Shown: positions 1 to 14,066 of the stretch, piece by piece
Position numbering within the stretch: position 1 is the stretch's first letter
How the letters are laid out: the number at the start of each line of letters is the position of its first letter
Source: Eledone cirrhosa
Taxonomy: Eukaryota
NCBI GenBank assembly: GCA_964016885.1
Contig: OZ024761.1
Span: forward strand, 3,658,001 to 3,722,000
DNA: 64,000 nt
Direction: 5' to 3'
Program-made: the position numbers and the translations under genes
The notes under the pieces: model-generated
Databases searched by the model: none
What the model was told of the DNA's origin: nothing
What the model saw: the letters and a program-made list of their open reading frames with translations, nothing else

Positions 1-948
1 GATATTGCTAGCCTTGTGCCAAATGTAGAAACAATTATTATTAAGAATATATATTTATATATATATACATACATATATATATTTATATATATACATATAT
101 ATATGCCCATGGAATAATAATTCGGAATTAGTGTAGAAATGTGTTAATAAATTGGATAAACTGACTGTGTATAACTGGCAGACAGAGAGAGAGAGACGAG
201 ACAGACGAGAGAGGAGAGAGAGAGGAGAGAGAGAGGAGAGACGAGAGGAGAGAGGAGAGACGAGAGGAGAGAGGAGAGAGAGAGGAGAGAGAGAGGAGAG
301 ACGAGAGGAGAGAGCAATCTAATCTTGTGTGTTCTTGGGAATTAATGTTACAACATCCACATATTTTACTATCTTACCTATAAGTACACCATACACACAT
401 AATATCTGTGTACTCAATACCAAAGTAGAGTTTAAATATCCTTTATTATGGCTATGAGGAACAAGACTAATCACTGAACCAGAACACAGACTGAATGAGT
501 TGGGGTGTATAACCCAACGAAACTTAAGCACTTATGTCACTGTTGAAACGAATATATACATACATATATAAATGTAATCTGAGTTTTTCGAATATTAATA
601 ATAACATTCGATTCGTTTGCAATTATGCAAACAAGCCTCAATTTTATAGCCATGTCAGTGCCAACACAAGAACAAGAATGAAGTGTTCATTCTACTGACA
701 TGGCTATCAAATTGAGGCTTGTTTGCATAATTGCAAACGAATCGAATGTTATTATTAATATTCGAAAAACTCAGATTACATTTATTGTATTCAGCCATGT
801 AGAGCAAACATTTTCTGTTTTAAATACATATATAAATATTTACAAACATATATAAATATAGTTTCCATTTATTAATATCATTGATATATATATATATATC
901 AATGATATTAATAAATGGAAACTATATTTATATTTATAAAACCATATT

Positions 949-1009
949 TATTCTATTATATATATTTCAAGGGTACCAAAACTTTGGTACGTTCTCATCA
1001 GATAAAATA
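949..1009 (-). ncRNA. Hammerhead ribozyme in solo Penelope pLTR
   Basis: Minus strand: tattttat-CTGATGA-gaacgtaccaaa gt tttggtaccctt-GAAA-tatata-TA-atagaata. Confidence 0.7.
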
Positions 1010-1708
1010 CAAAGTTTGTTTTATAAATATTGACATATCCAGGAATGAGACCTTAACGGTTCCAGCTTTACCTGGATAGTAAAAGGAAAGAGAAGAAAGA
1101 GAGGAAAAAAACAAATATTTCAAATTATTTCAAATTATTTAGATGAATATGCAAATGAGGTTGAGGCGTAGGGCTGAAAAAAATGTTATTTTTTAGATGC
1201 TAGGTAGATTTAAATAATTATTAGGATATATATAAGAAGAAAGTATATATAAGAATAATTATTAGGATATATATAAGAAGAAAGAAAAGCTTGTATTTAT
1301 ATTATTATAATGTACGTGAATTTAAAAAGATTGAAACATTAAGAATTAAAAGTTTGCTGGAATGGTGGAATATGATTCCAGAATTTAAAAAATATTTAGC
1401 TAAATTATGATTAAATATACCTTTGCTTATATATATATATTTAATACATTAACATAGAAAGCTTTAAGCAAATATCCGACCGACTTCCGTCTCACTCAAC
1501 AAACATTAGGATATACCTTAGTATAATCCCAATTATACGTTTAGGGTGCTAACTATACGTATTTTGTGGATAGCATATATATATATATGAGGATGGAGAC
1601 AGTTTGAAACTGGTTAGACCATTACTCAACAGAGTACTTGATATTTTGGGTAGTAGAGAATGGTTATATAATAAAGAGTTGATAGCTGACTATATAATCT
1701 CTCTCTCA

Positions 1709-1739
<31 letters not shown>

Positions 1740-2319
1740 CCACACACATAACCAGTTATCTCCCTCTCCACTACATGTAGGTCTTAAGAGGAAGTAGAAT
1801 GCAAAGCTAAAGAGCCACACCCATGTCACACCATAACAGCAGCATCGTGCCTATAAATACTCCAACACAACCAACAGTATTTCATCACACACCAACAGTT
1901 TATTATCTCACTACATCCACTTTGATTCAGTCTCTGCCACGAAACACACACGCACAGTGTGCGTCGTGACATAGAAAGAAAGAATGAATGAATGAATGAA
2001 TATATATATATACTAGCAGTTTAGCCCGGCATTGCTCAGGTTTGTTCATTTGCTATGAAAAGTTACATACAGGTAAACGTGGCTTGAAAGCAAATAAGCT
2101 TATCAATTAAGTGCATAAAGCAGTTGAACCGGTTATTAAAATTTACGAACCAATTAGCATTTTGGACAAACAATGATGGGTTAATAATCTTCCAATAGCG
2201 AATTTAGTAGACCAAAGCTGCAAGATGGTGGCCCTGATGCTGCTGGGTGTCAGATCTGTCCGCCATGGGTGACCCGACCAGTTTTCCAGACGGCATAGCT
2301 CCAACACCTGCACCAACAT

Positions 2320-3225
2320 CTATAGCACCTCTTTGTAGACGATATTGCGTGTCATCCCTTGAGGAGTGTAAGCAAAAAGTCCATTCCTGCTCCCTACGCG
2401 GGAACAGGCAACATAAAGTTGGCCATGGGAGAAGCTTGGCTCTCCCAAATGGATGCCCGCCACCGACAATGTTTGCCCTTGTGACTTGTTAATGGACACG
2501 GCAAAACATGGTCTCACCGGGAATTGGGATTGCCAGAAATCGAACGGGATATCCGACGCCGAGGGGAAAAGGTTCATCCTTGGAATGAAAACATTCTCCC
2601 CTCTCCCGCACCCTGTTACATTGGTGGCCTCAATCAAGTGGGGCGTCAGTGACTTGACGACCATACGAGTACCGTTGCACTGCTTTGGTGGACGCAAGTT
2701 CCTTATTAGCATTATGGGACAGCCAACCCTAAGCTTAAGAATGTGAGGTGGGAGCCCTGGGGGCTCAAGGGAATTTAATAACTCAACCGGATAATTAACG
2801 ATATCGTCGAGGTCTGACGTCCAGTCGATAGATTTGAAGATGTGTTCTTTACCGGGAATCTTCTCAATCAGCTGCTCGTTAATAAAATTAACCATGGTAT
2901 TTTTCCGAGCAAGGATGGCTCTTTCGCTGAGCCAATCGAGGTTTTTAAAGTTAGATGAGACATTAGGAAAAACTGCTTCCCAAAGGTCAGATGGGCTGCT
3001 CACAATGTTGCACAGGGAGTCGATTGCTATGCCGCCCTTGTCATCCGCAGGGACCTTGCCCTCACCAAGTGCTATAATATTCTGAGCAAATGCTGCAGAC
3101 ATGTTGTCACCATGCAAATGAGCACGCATATTTGTGCTCAGGTACAAACCCTTCACCTGAAGCTACAACATGGATGACTTAAGGCAGGCACGCACTTTAC
3201 CAGCTCGTCCCTTTGGGGATGACAG
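2320..3225 (-). pseudogene. Helitron Pif1-like (SF1B) helicase, C-terminal half
   Basis: Motifs LSTNMR, GLPPHILKLRVGCPIMLIRNL, QFPVRPCFAVSINKSQGQTL and FSHGQLYVACSRV. The Walker A region is deleted. Confidence 0.9.
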
Positions 3226-4260
3226 GCGTTTCAACAAAGCACCCTCTGCTAAAGTGGAATCCCATTGCGAATCATCTTTCAAAAGACCACGCTTAAAGCA
3301 GGCTTCCCGGTACGTATCAGATATTTCTCCAACAGTTTTGAGGTCCTGAAAACTTTGTGGGCCTACAACTTCATGCAGAAGAAGGCGGAGATGAAAGCAC
3401 TCATGCTGACTTGGGGGCACAGTGTACGCAATTGTTTGCGCAAAGTTTGAAGAAACCCGTCAGAGTGGTCTCTTTTGGATTGGCGGCGGTTTGGTCCGTA
3501 AAGTAAACCCTTTGCCCATTTTCCAAACGTACCACAAGCTGTATGATGGCGTGGTGACATTGGTTTAGGGGTAAACCAAATAGGCGCCAAAAAGCTTCAT
3601 TGCTACTGATGTACCGCCCCGTCAGGTATTGTGACCTCGTCCCTGCTATTTTCAGCTTGAAATGCAAGCATTGCGGCATCAGAGCCTTTATTTACATATT
3701 TACATATGTATTTTATCGACTTGTCGGAGTTGTAAAACTCAACGTTGACGTGGCCGTTGAACATCTTCAAGAGAAGCGGGCAGTAAGGGACCACCCATCT
3801 ATAGTCGACTTGACCCCCCTTTACTGTTGTGGTGAAGCCACTGTTCTCGGGCCGTCTCCGCCTGTACAGGGGGTACCTGTCGCCACCAGTCTGAGTCTGG
3901 TCAACAAATCTTTTGGGGTATCCCTTACTGCACGACCCCCCCCCCCCCCCTTTCAGACACATGTGATGCTCATTAGGACCCAACGTACAATGTCATGTAA
4001 TTCCTGGTCAGTTGCTGGGTTAGGGATTTCAGCCGAAATGAAGCTGTCTATGGCATTTAAATTGATTTTATCAGCTAACCAAATCAAAATGTGAGCATGT
4101 GGCAGCCCTTGTTTTTCGACAGTGAACATGTCACATTTTACAGCCCCAAATACCTGACCTTTTTTATTAAAGCCATGAGTTTAGCCAGTTTCAGTCTGAA
4201 CACTCTGGCAATGAGGTCATGACTGTTCGAATAATTTTGCCCAGGACAAAGTTCACGGGT
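3226..4260 (-). pseudogene. Helitron Rep (HUH endonuclease) domain, frameshifted
   Basis: Fragments EKQGLPHAHILIW, CSKGYPKRF, YPLYRRR, WVVPYCPLL, KSIKYICKYVNKGSD, GRYISSNEAFWRLF and ECFHLRLLL occur in different frames. Confidence 0.88.
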
Positions 4261-4984
4261 TACATTCCGATTCATATGTCTATAGCATTAATCTGTTATA
4301 TGAAGTGTTATTTTGCGGGTTGTTATTTGCAATAAGCCAATTGAAAATGCCCCAGATTAACCGTCTGTCAATACGGAACGCTCCACTGGAGTGTTGTCAT
4401 AGGGAGTGAAGAGCGACAGAGAGAGTAAAGCAGTTAAATTATAGAGGGAGGGAATATACGGATCGCTCCATTTGATCATAAACATTGTTTCTCTCTCTGC
4501 AGTGTTGTCATATAGGGAGTGAAGAGTGACAGAGAGAGTAAAGGAGTTAATTATAGAGAGGAGGAATGATCATGATCGATTTTTGCCCTTATTGTTGATG
4601 GATTTGAAATTTTTTTTGCTTCATGACCTTTTCCTGACCAAAAGCAATAATTGTCCCGACTTTGAATAGAATCCGCTGGAAATTGTGGACGTGAATCCGT
4701 TACAAACCTTAACACACACATCCTCAGATTTATATATATATATATATATAACCAAAGATTAATATGGTTTATTGATTACTCAATGAATATAGTTTTACAA
4801 TAGATTAAAAGCACTCTACAAAGAAGTTTTCTGGAGTTATTAATATTATATTAATAACTCAAGGGCAACCTTGGTTGCCCTTGAAATATATATAATAAAA
4901 TAATTATGGTTTTATAAATATAGTTTCCATTTATTAATATATTGTATATATATATATATGTTTTGTTTTTTTGAACTGAAGTAT

Positions 4985-5395
4985 ATAATTGTTTCTACTT
5001 TAGGCACAAGGCCAGCAATTACCCAGTGCATTACTGGTACTTTGTTTTATCGACCCCGTAAAGATGAAAGGCAAAGTCAACCTCGGCGGGATTTGAACTC
5101 AGATCGTAAAGGGACGTAACTATGCTGGAAAGCATGGCGTCCGACCCTCTACCGATACTGTGAAGTATATAATGGTTTCTATTTAGGCGCAAGGCCAGCA
5201 ATTTGGGGGAGGGAGAGGAAAGTCTATTAAATCAACCCAGTGCATTACTGGTACTTTATTTTATCGACCCCTGTAAGGATGAAAGACTAAGCTAACCTCG
5301 GCGGGATTTGAACTCAGAAAACTAAGAACAGTAAACTATGTTGCAGAACATTGTGCCTGACGCTCTACTAATTACTGCTAATCCACCATCCTTAC
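4985..5395 (-). mobile_element. Two tandem SINE copies of the second family (others at 36710-36868 - and 43050-43135 -)
   Basis: Reverse complement of the 13130-13310 sequence, present twice. Confidence 0.75.
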
Positions 5396-5569
5396 TGAAG
5401 TATACAATAATTAAAGTGTTAGCATGTGTGTGTGTGTGTGTATATTATATATATATGTATCTCTAAGCCCGAACAAAATGGCAAAAGCATTGTCACAAAG
5501 AACACCCAACGACACCCATTACATCAGCCACTCCACCTTACACAGGTGGGAAACTCACATATATATATA

Positions 5570-5830
5570 TCACCACCACCGTTTTACGTGGATTCTTCCA
5601 CACTAGCATGGGTTAGACGAGCTGTCTTGTTGTGGGCAATGCCAGGTCAGGTGACTATGTCTTGCTCATACAGAACTGATTTGCTTTCATTTCTACAGCT
5701 GGATGCCCTTCCTAACACCAACCTCATTTACAGTGTGTACTGGGTGCTTTTTACCGTGGCGCCTACACGACCACTTTACAGTGTGGACTGGGTGCTTTTT
5801 TGTAGCGACACCTACATGACCACTTTACAC
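5570..5830 (-). mobile_element. RTE 3'-UTR fragment (similar fragments at ~11225-11380, 13810-13960, 18730-18890, 37140-37410, 43890-44010)
   Basis: Shared blocks ctagcatgggttagacg and ttctacagctggatgcccttcctaacaccaacc, with a (CAT/CAC)n tail. Confidence 0.75.
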
Positions 5831-6304
5831 ACGCATACAAATATATATATATATATATATATTTGTTCAGAAAAGATTGTTTTGGCAAAAACAGGAGTAA
5901 GCAGGAGAAAACTCTCAACAATCGTTGCTTTAGTTACGATGGAGAATTTTATGAAAATAATAAAATAAGATGCTGAGGTTACATATATCGTTTAATCATA
6001 ATAATTATTTCTACGGTTCTCCATACAATCGAGATGTCCTTCATACATTTGCTGTTGATTATGAGAACGGTTTCCTCAGATGAAGATCGATATATTTGAT
6101 ATGGCGCTGGCAGGAAAACACACATCCTAATGCCTGTTCGCCCAGCACACGTATATATATATGGGCCTTCCAGTTTCATTTCACATTATATACATGTCTG
6201 TGTATATTTTAATTATTTAAAAATTATTTTTAAGTGAACATGATTTTTTAAAAAATATTTTGAAGTGAACGTGACCCAACAGGTCACAGGTGGTCTAGTA
6301 TTTT

Positions 6305-8022
6305 TTATAAATATATAGTCAAGACAGTGACGATTAGGAACGCTAAGTCCCTCCCCAATGAAGAATGCACCTACCAACATAACTTAGTCGTTAGCAACCT
6401 TACTTACAGTCAGGGCTAGAAGAACCCAGCAATAGCAACCAATCTGGAGGAGAAGAGTATGGAAGTTAAAAGACCCATCAAACAGTAACAAATTTAGAAA
6501 TATGTTGACTGATGCCTTTAACAGTAAGGAAGAGCAAATAGAGACATACAATATAGAGGAGCAGTGAGAGTTCCTGAAAGGTGACGGATGAAATCTGTGG
6601 TTGGAGTAGGTCTTTAGGGAGATAGAGAGTTACTTGGTGGTGAAATAGTAAAGTAGACAAGACAATTAAGGCCAAAAGACAGGCTTGGAAAGATTGGTGT
6701 AATGGGGATAGCAGGGAGGTTTACCAGAAGGCTAGAAGAGAAGCTAGGTGACAAATATACTTTGCAAGAAAGGAAGCAGAAAACAAAAAATTTAAGCATG
6801 TTTTGCAGTGTCAGGGAAAATTGCCTCAGTTAACTTTCTAATATGTAGAAAGGAAAACAGGATCCAGATCTCCTCTGGGATATGGTTTTGTTCAGTGTGT
6901 AGGAAAGGAATAGGTAGAAATTCCATTCTATGTCCCAAATGCAAGCTATGGGTTCATAAAAGATGTAGTGGGATCACAGGCAGGCTATCAAAGAAAATAG
7001 GTTTTATATGTAGCTGATGCTCAGGTGCAGTAAGTAGCAAGTGCCCACAGGATACTAGCTCCTCCAATTGCCCAGATGGTTCTATAGAAATAGTAGACAC
7101 TTTCCGTTACTTTCCGTGATGAAATCAGTAGTGGAAGAGGGTGTTCCGAAAGTACAGTAGCCAGAGTAAGAACGGGATGGAGAAAGTTCAGAGAGCTACT
7201 ACTGCTGTTACCTACAAAAGGTTTCTCCCTAAAAATGAAAGGCAGATTGTACAATGCTTGTATATGAACAGCAATGTTACATGGTAGTGAGACCTGGGTA
7301 CTGTACGCAGAGGACCTGCGAAGACGGGAAAGAAATGAAGCATGCATGGTCTGATAGATGTGTAATATTAATATACACGAACAGCAAAGCATAAATGAGC
7401 TAAGTGTGAAATTAGGCATAAGAGGGATCAGATGCAGTATACTAGAGAGGGGATTGCATTGGTATGGTCATGTGATGTGTATGAAGGATAACACTTGTAT
7501 AAAAAGTGCAGGGTGATCAAAACTGATGGAGTAGGAAACCCAGGAAGAATTGGGATGAGGTGATAAAAGCTGACTTTGCACACTTGCACCTCTCAAAGAC
7601 AATCACACAGGATCAAGATCTTTGGCATTATGCAGTAATACAGAAGACCCCCTTTCCCATGCGCACAGACTCAAACATACATCTAGTAGGCACCTCTTAA
7701 CCACTATACTCCCACCCACCCACTCCTGTCCACACCACCCTTATACTCTGAACAAAACATATCCAGCCCACACTGTAAAGTGGTTGTGGAGGTGTCACAA
7801 CAAAAAGTACCCAGTCCACACTGTAAAGTGGTTGTGTAGGTGTCACAACAAAAAGCACCCAGTCAACACTGTAAATGTGGTTGGGGTTAGGAAGGCCATC
7901 CAGTTGTAGGAACCTAGTCGGAAACAATTCTATATGAGCAAGACACAGTCACTTGACCTCAAATAAGACAACCCGTCTAACCCATGCTAGCGTGGAAAAT
8001 GAACGTTAAGCGATGATGATGA
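6305..8022 (+). mobile_element. Degenerate RTE LINE copy lacking the RT core
   Basis: Similar to the 16-18.7 kb element (EEC..QHNLVV, KHVLQ), then jumps at ~6810 to the PHD finger region (CSVCRKGIGRNSILCPKCKLWVHKRC). Many stops; same 3' UTR and (GAT)n tail. Confidence 0.85.
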
Positions 8023-9894
8023 TATTTATATATGTTCATGCATGAGACAAAAGTGCCCCCCAAGGTTTCAAGGTCCAAATTTGACCTATCTCCAGAAAAC
8101 ATGAAACATCAAAATAGTGACCTTTCTTCAGGCGTTAATATGAAGAAAGGTTACTATTTTGATGTTTTGTTTTCTGGAGATATGGTCAAATTTTCGACCT
8201 TAAAACCTTGGGTGGCACTATGTATGATCATATATAATACATTTCTGCTCTCTTCCCTATTAAGCACGGTTTTCTTTTTTCCTTTTCACATCTCTAGATA
8301 TATATATATATAAATGTATATATAGTGTATTTTGCAATACACTGTATGCTTAATTAAAAGCATTTTGAAGACCTTAAGCTATTGTTTTAGAGTAGTGAGA
8401 GTCTCACTTACTTTAAATTTTCAGCAAATAGGGGAGATAAAGCTGACATAGCTCTGTTTCGTACTGATTGGTACTTATCAAAGCCAAGTACTCCACCTGT
8501 TTGCTGAAAATCCTGAATGTTTGATTCTTATAGAATTCTAGTAATAATCAGGAACTGATTATACAGAGCAGTTGCCAGTCAAGCAGAAATTGAAAATTAG
8601 AATTGGTGCTCTGAAAATTAAAGTAAGTGAGACTGTCACTACTCTAAGACAATAGCATAAGGTCTTCGAAATGCTTTTAATTAAGCATACAGTGTATTGC
8701 AAAATACACTATAGATACATTCATATATATATCGCTATTTCAGAGCACCAATTCTAATTTTCAATTTCTGCTTGACCGGCAACCGCTCTGTATAATCAGT
8801 TCCTGATTATTACTAGAATTCTATAAGAATCAAACATTCATGATTTTCAGCAAACAGGTGGAGTACTTGGCTTTGATAAGTACCAATCAGTATGAAACAG
8901 AGCTCTGTCAGCTTTACCTCCCCTGTTTGCTGAAAATTTAAAGTAAGTGAGACTGTCACTACTCTAAAACAATAGCATAAGGTCTTCAAAATGCTTTTAA
9001 TTAAGCATAGTGTATTGCAAAATACACTATATATACATTCATATATATATCGCTATTTCAGAGCACCAATTCTAATATATATAAAGTTATATCTGAATGA
9101 ATACAGAGTGTGTAACTGAGACTGCACCGTATATATATATACATATCTAATATATAGGCATGTAAACATGTCAGAAAATACAAACTTCTGTGTAAATTGA
9201 AAAAATTTAGAAAGGAATTTGTATTTTCTAGCATGTTTACATGCCTATATATTAGATATGTGTATATATTATACACGGTGTAGTCTTAGTTACACACTCT
9301 GTATTCATACAGATATAACTTTATCATACACTTCAGCTGCTAGCGCAGTTGTTTATTATTTTTCCCAGGACTAAGAGGGTCATTTTTATAAAATGTCATT
9401 ATAGTAAGTATTCTGGGATGTTTGGCTTTTTGTTTTGTTGTTTGTCCTTCCTATTTTTTGTGACTTAGTCAAAGAAGAATAGGCAATGCTTGTAACCATC
9501 TTCAGAGACCCTATGACTGATAGGAGAAAATTAAAGAGGGTTTTTATAAGCATTTTAAAACAAACAGTTTTATATCATAAAAGCAGAGTTCATTTTAGGC
9601 AGTTTGGATCATAATGTCATGGGTGGGTTCAATTCTTGGACCAGATGGCATGTTGTGTTCTTGAGCAAAACACTTCATTTCACATTGCTCCCGTATATTC
9701 AGCTGAAAATGAGTACCAGTAATAGCTGAGGGTTTCTCTCAATCTGTTAACACCAATAAAACCAGAGATAAGTAAGCACCTGATAAGCCTAATGGTTTTG
9801 TTCAGACTTCAACTTTGATCAAAGTATTCAGAACCACTTACTAGAAGCATATATCTATCACTAGGCAGCCTGCCTCTATTAGTGATTACATTAA

Positions 9895-10099
9895 CCCTTT
9901 AACATTGACATTATATTTACTATTTTCACAGTAATGGCTTTATCTCACAATTATCTCACAAAATATCGAATCTATGAAATTTTGATATTTATTTGAGAAC
10001 AATACCTTAACATCAGTATGAGCAGCCAGTTACAGCTGGTTTGAACAGAAAGAGGTGAGAGAATTCTGGCCGGGTACAGCCAGTTTAAATGCTAAAGGG
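9895..10099. mobile_element. piggyBac-like MITE (partial copy at ~12420-12560; related ends at 14763-14880 and 62165-62180)
   Basis: TTAA|ccctttaacatt ... aatgctaaaggg|TTAA. Confidence 0.75.
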
Positions 10100-10214
10100 T
10101 TAATATATCTACACCCTTATATACTTTTATATGTGTGTGTATATATCATCATAATCATCCACATTCTCTTTTTCTGCTTTCCCTGCTAGCAAAGGTTGGA
10201 CGAGTCTACATAAA

Positions 10215-10343
10215 CCAAGTCAGTACTGAAGAAGGGTTACTGATCTCCCAGATGAGCCAGCCAAGTCAGTACTGAAGAAGGGTTACTGATCTCCCAGATG
10301 AGCCAGCCAAGTCAGTACTGAAGAAGGGTTACTGATCTCCCAG
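10215..10343. repeat. Tandem repeat, ~2.8 x 46 bp
   Basis: Unit ccaagtcagtactgaagaagggttactgatctcccagatgagccag. Confidence 0.9.
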
Positions 10344-10460
10344 GGATCTGTTATCTCACTAATGGACAGTTTCATGTTCTACTGAGTGCACACAGAGGTT
10401 GCCATGACGTGTCTTTGACACAACTGAAGGTTCCCCCAACCCTTTGTTTGACAAGCTTTC

Positions 10461-10621
<161 letters not shown>

Positions 10622-11641
10622 AGTTGACGGACCCACCATATTTATCAATGCCAGGACCGGTTGTATCTCAGCGTACTCAATAGGTAACGTAGAACATTCC
10701 CAGAGTATACACAGTTATTCGCTTCAATACAACACACGTAAAATGGGTGTCTATATTAGTTCCCGGACTCGAGTTTCGGCACCCTCTGTCTGCATATATT
10801 ATACAACAATGCATAATCAGCGCATGTGGCTTCATCAGCGGGTATCGCCTAATCAATAACCAATCGATCAACAGAATCCAAACCCCAGCCCATGCCGGCT
10901 ATGACTGTATGTGACGACCAATACAGTAAAGTGATTAGCAACTGGAATCTGATACAACTCTGTCCCCTGACCAACCACCAATTTACAAACTTTACGTGGT
11001 GGCGGGAGATTAGAAAACAAATATTTTCGCTCCCGTCAGAAGCTCTCAGCCGTGTCTCAAACACAAATTAATAAGATATATGTATATCAGGAGTAAATAA
11101 GTATTAAACTAGTTAGACCATTATTCAACAGAGTACTCAATACTTGGGATAATAGAGTGTGACTATATTAGAAAGAGTCAGGACCTGACTCTAATATTAT
11201 ATATATATATATATATATATACCATCATCATCGTTTAACGTCCATCTTCCACGCTAGCATGGGTTAGATGGTTTTGTTCCATTTGATGCGGGAATGGTCG
11301 GGAGAGAGTGTCTCGCTCGTACGGAGGTGTCTCTGGCAGGTTTTTTACAGCTGGATGCCTTTCCTAACACCAACCCCTCAAGCAGGTCAGAAGCAACCGT
11401 CTCAAACTGATCCGGCCAGATGAGGAAAACGAAGAAAAACCATACTGCACCATCCTTCACATGAGACACACCCAGGCCTTAAGTAGAGGGGCCTGTTCGA
11501 AAAATGTGTGTGTGTGTGTGTGTGTGTGTGTATTTACTAATTTAAAGTATCACAACATATGTATGATGCTTGTGTTTCTCAGTAGAAAAGCTCAAATGAT
11601 AGATGGCTCTTTCCCTCTATATCCATATATCTATTACCTTG

Positions 11642-11672
<31 letters not shown>

Positions 11673-11958
11673 ACTATTTCAGTTTTATATAAATATCTGA
11701 CCACCAGCCAGCCACCCCATCTTATTAATTTCACAAATATTTCATCAGCCACATCACTAGCAGGTCACATCTACCAATGGTTAACAGACAGATACAACCA
11801 AGATTGGATATTACCAACAGAAACACACAAGTATGAACCTAAGCAACACTTTGCTAATACATACATCTAGATATTTACAAAGAGAAATGAACTATCACAC
11901 ATATATATATACACACACACATATATATATATGTGTATATATATATATATGTATATAC

Positions 11959-11989
<31 letters not shown>

Positions 11990-12071
11990 TACACACATCT
12001 GCATATTTACAAAGAGAAATGGACACATGTACACATTCATATATATACACATTCATATATACATACACATT

Positions 12072-12107
<36 letters not shown>

Positions 12108-12984
12108 AAACAGAGAGGAAATATTAAAAATAGAGTTAAGTCGTTAACAGTCTAGATAGTTTTAAATCTGCTTCATCACTAATCAGCTAATACATGGTGG
12201 ACTAATCCAGTTAAACTTTCTAACATTCATGTCAGGCTTTCCCCATCTTTCATCATCACAGCCCTGTATGTAAATATGTAGATACAATCATCATCAACAG
12301 GTGAACATGCAGGTGTATTTAAACCATTTTGCATATTTACATGCAAAATATCCAACTGTATGTGTGCATGCCTGTTGCATCACCTTAACACAGTTTCATT
12401 GAGCAGTTGATCAACTGCTTTAACCCTTTAGCATTTAAACTGGCCATATCTGGCCAGAATTCTCTCACTTCTTTCTGTTCAAACTGGCCACTCATACTTG
12501 TGTTATGGTATTGTTTTCAAAATAAATATTAAAATCTCGTAGCTTCAATATTATGTGAGGTCCCATTTAGAGGCAAGTTGTGTCGGGTGACCGTGTCTCG
12601 TTCATATAGGGATGTTTCTGGCTGGTTTTCTACAGCTGGATGCCCTTCCAAATGCCAACCACATTGACAGTAAATGTAAATACTAAAGACTTAGTCATAA
12701 AAAACCTTTGCTCCCACCAAAAAGTATTTAAAAGACACCAATTTAATCAACTTTGACCATCTCTTTAACAAATCAGATCCAACAGTTAACTTGTGTATAA
12801 GTTACAAATTAATTGCTGACTCAGGAACACAGTCAGGCAAATTCCTAAGGATGAAATAAAGAGATTCTGTGATACACCTTTCACAATGTAAGAAAATTCC
12901 CATGAAATGTGAAGAGTAACGACAGACATAACTAGTGATCTCTGTAGAAATTACACTTATGGTGCTCACTACATGTTTTATTAT

Positions 12985-13385
12985 TAGAGCTTTGGGGATT
13001 TCAAATCCTGCCAAGGTTAGCTTTACCTTTCATCCTTACAGGGTCAATAAAATAAAGTACCAGTAATGCATTGGGGTCAATTTATTCCACTTTCCAAAAA
13101 ATTGCTGGCCATGTGCCTAAATCAGAAACCATGGCAGTATCGGTAGAGAGTCGGACACCATGCTTTGAAGCATAGAGTTACGTCCCTTTATGATCTGAGT
13201 TCAAATCCCGCCGAGGTTAACTTTGCCTTTCATCCTTACGGGGTCGATAAAATAAAGTACCAGTAATGTACTGGGTAATTGCTGGCCTTGTGCCTAAAAA
13301 TAGAAACAATTATTAGGCACAATTATTTCCAAGGTTGATAAAATAAAGTACCAGTTAAATACTGGTTTCAATTTAATTGATTTTC
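12985..13385 (+). mobile_element. Cluster of tRNA-derived SINE copies (second family)
   Basis: ggcagtatcggtagag, B box gagttcaaatccc, gcctttcatccttacggggtcgataaaataaagtaccagt, tail gctggccttgtgcctaa..tagaaac. Confidence 0.75.
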
Positions 13386-13708
13386 ACCTCTCTGCCCTCC
13401 AAAATTACTGTATTACACAGAAGTTCAGAGTTTTGAAAGTGAAGAATAATACAAGTGTTTTACACTTCAGAGGAGTTGGCTGGCTGCAGGTGTGGGGCCC
13501 GCAGGGTGGAGTTGGCTGGCTGCAGGTGCGGGTACCGCGAGGTGGAGTTGGCTGCCTGCAGGTGCGGGCTCCACAGGGTGCAGTGGCTGCTCCAGCATGT
13601 CTCCCTCGCTGTCCTCCAAGGCAATGTATTCTCCATCCTGTCAGCTGGAACCCAGAGTCGGAGGAGGTGGAGATTACTCGTTCAGACGCCACACATTTCC
13701 TCTTCTTT

Positions 13709-13755
<47 letters not shown>

Positions 13756-14066
13756 GTCATAGTAATATAGAGTGAATTAGAATCAATTCAGATTTGAAGA
13801 TTAAGAGTAAATATGGTTGGTGTTAGGAAGGACATCCAGCTGTAGAAACCAAGCCCAAATCTGTTTTGTATGAGAAGGCATGGTCATCTGACCTGGCCTA
13901 CCAACAACTCGTCTAACCCATGCTAGTGTGTAAGAATGGCCATTAAACGGTGATGATGATGGGTTATGATGACACTTCATGTTCTGTACTATAGGAAGGA
14001 CATTTTTAAAAATTACTAAAACATCATTACGACTGTACTACATTAAAAATTGAAGCCTCTACTCTG

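Larger units (their letters stand above)
2013..4740 (-). mobile_element. Helitron (decayed autonomous-type, internally deleted)
   Basis: 3' end is an imperfect hairpin cctgagcaatgccggg followed by CTAG|T (CTAG at 2013-2016). Rep motifs GLPHAHIL (~4100), YPLYRRR and KYICKYVNKG, plus a Pif1 helicase C-half. The 5' end merges into (TA)n near 4735. Confidence 0.9.

Noticed and set aside
2320-3156. Host PIF1 helicase gene
   Set aside because: Intronless and truncated, adjacent to Rep fragments and bounded by Helitron termini.
10215-10343. CTGAAGA in the 46-bp tandem repeat as a hammerhead array
   Set aside because: No GAAA after the putative stem II, and no stems I or III.
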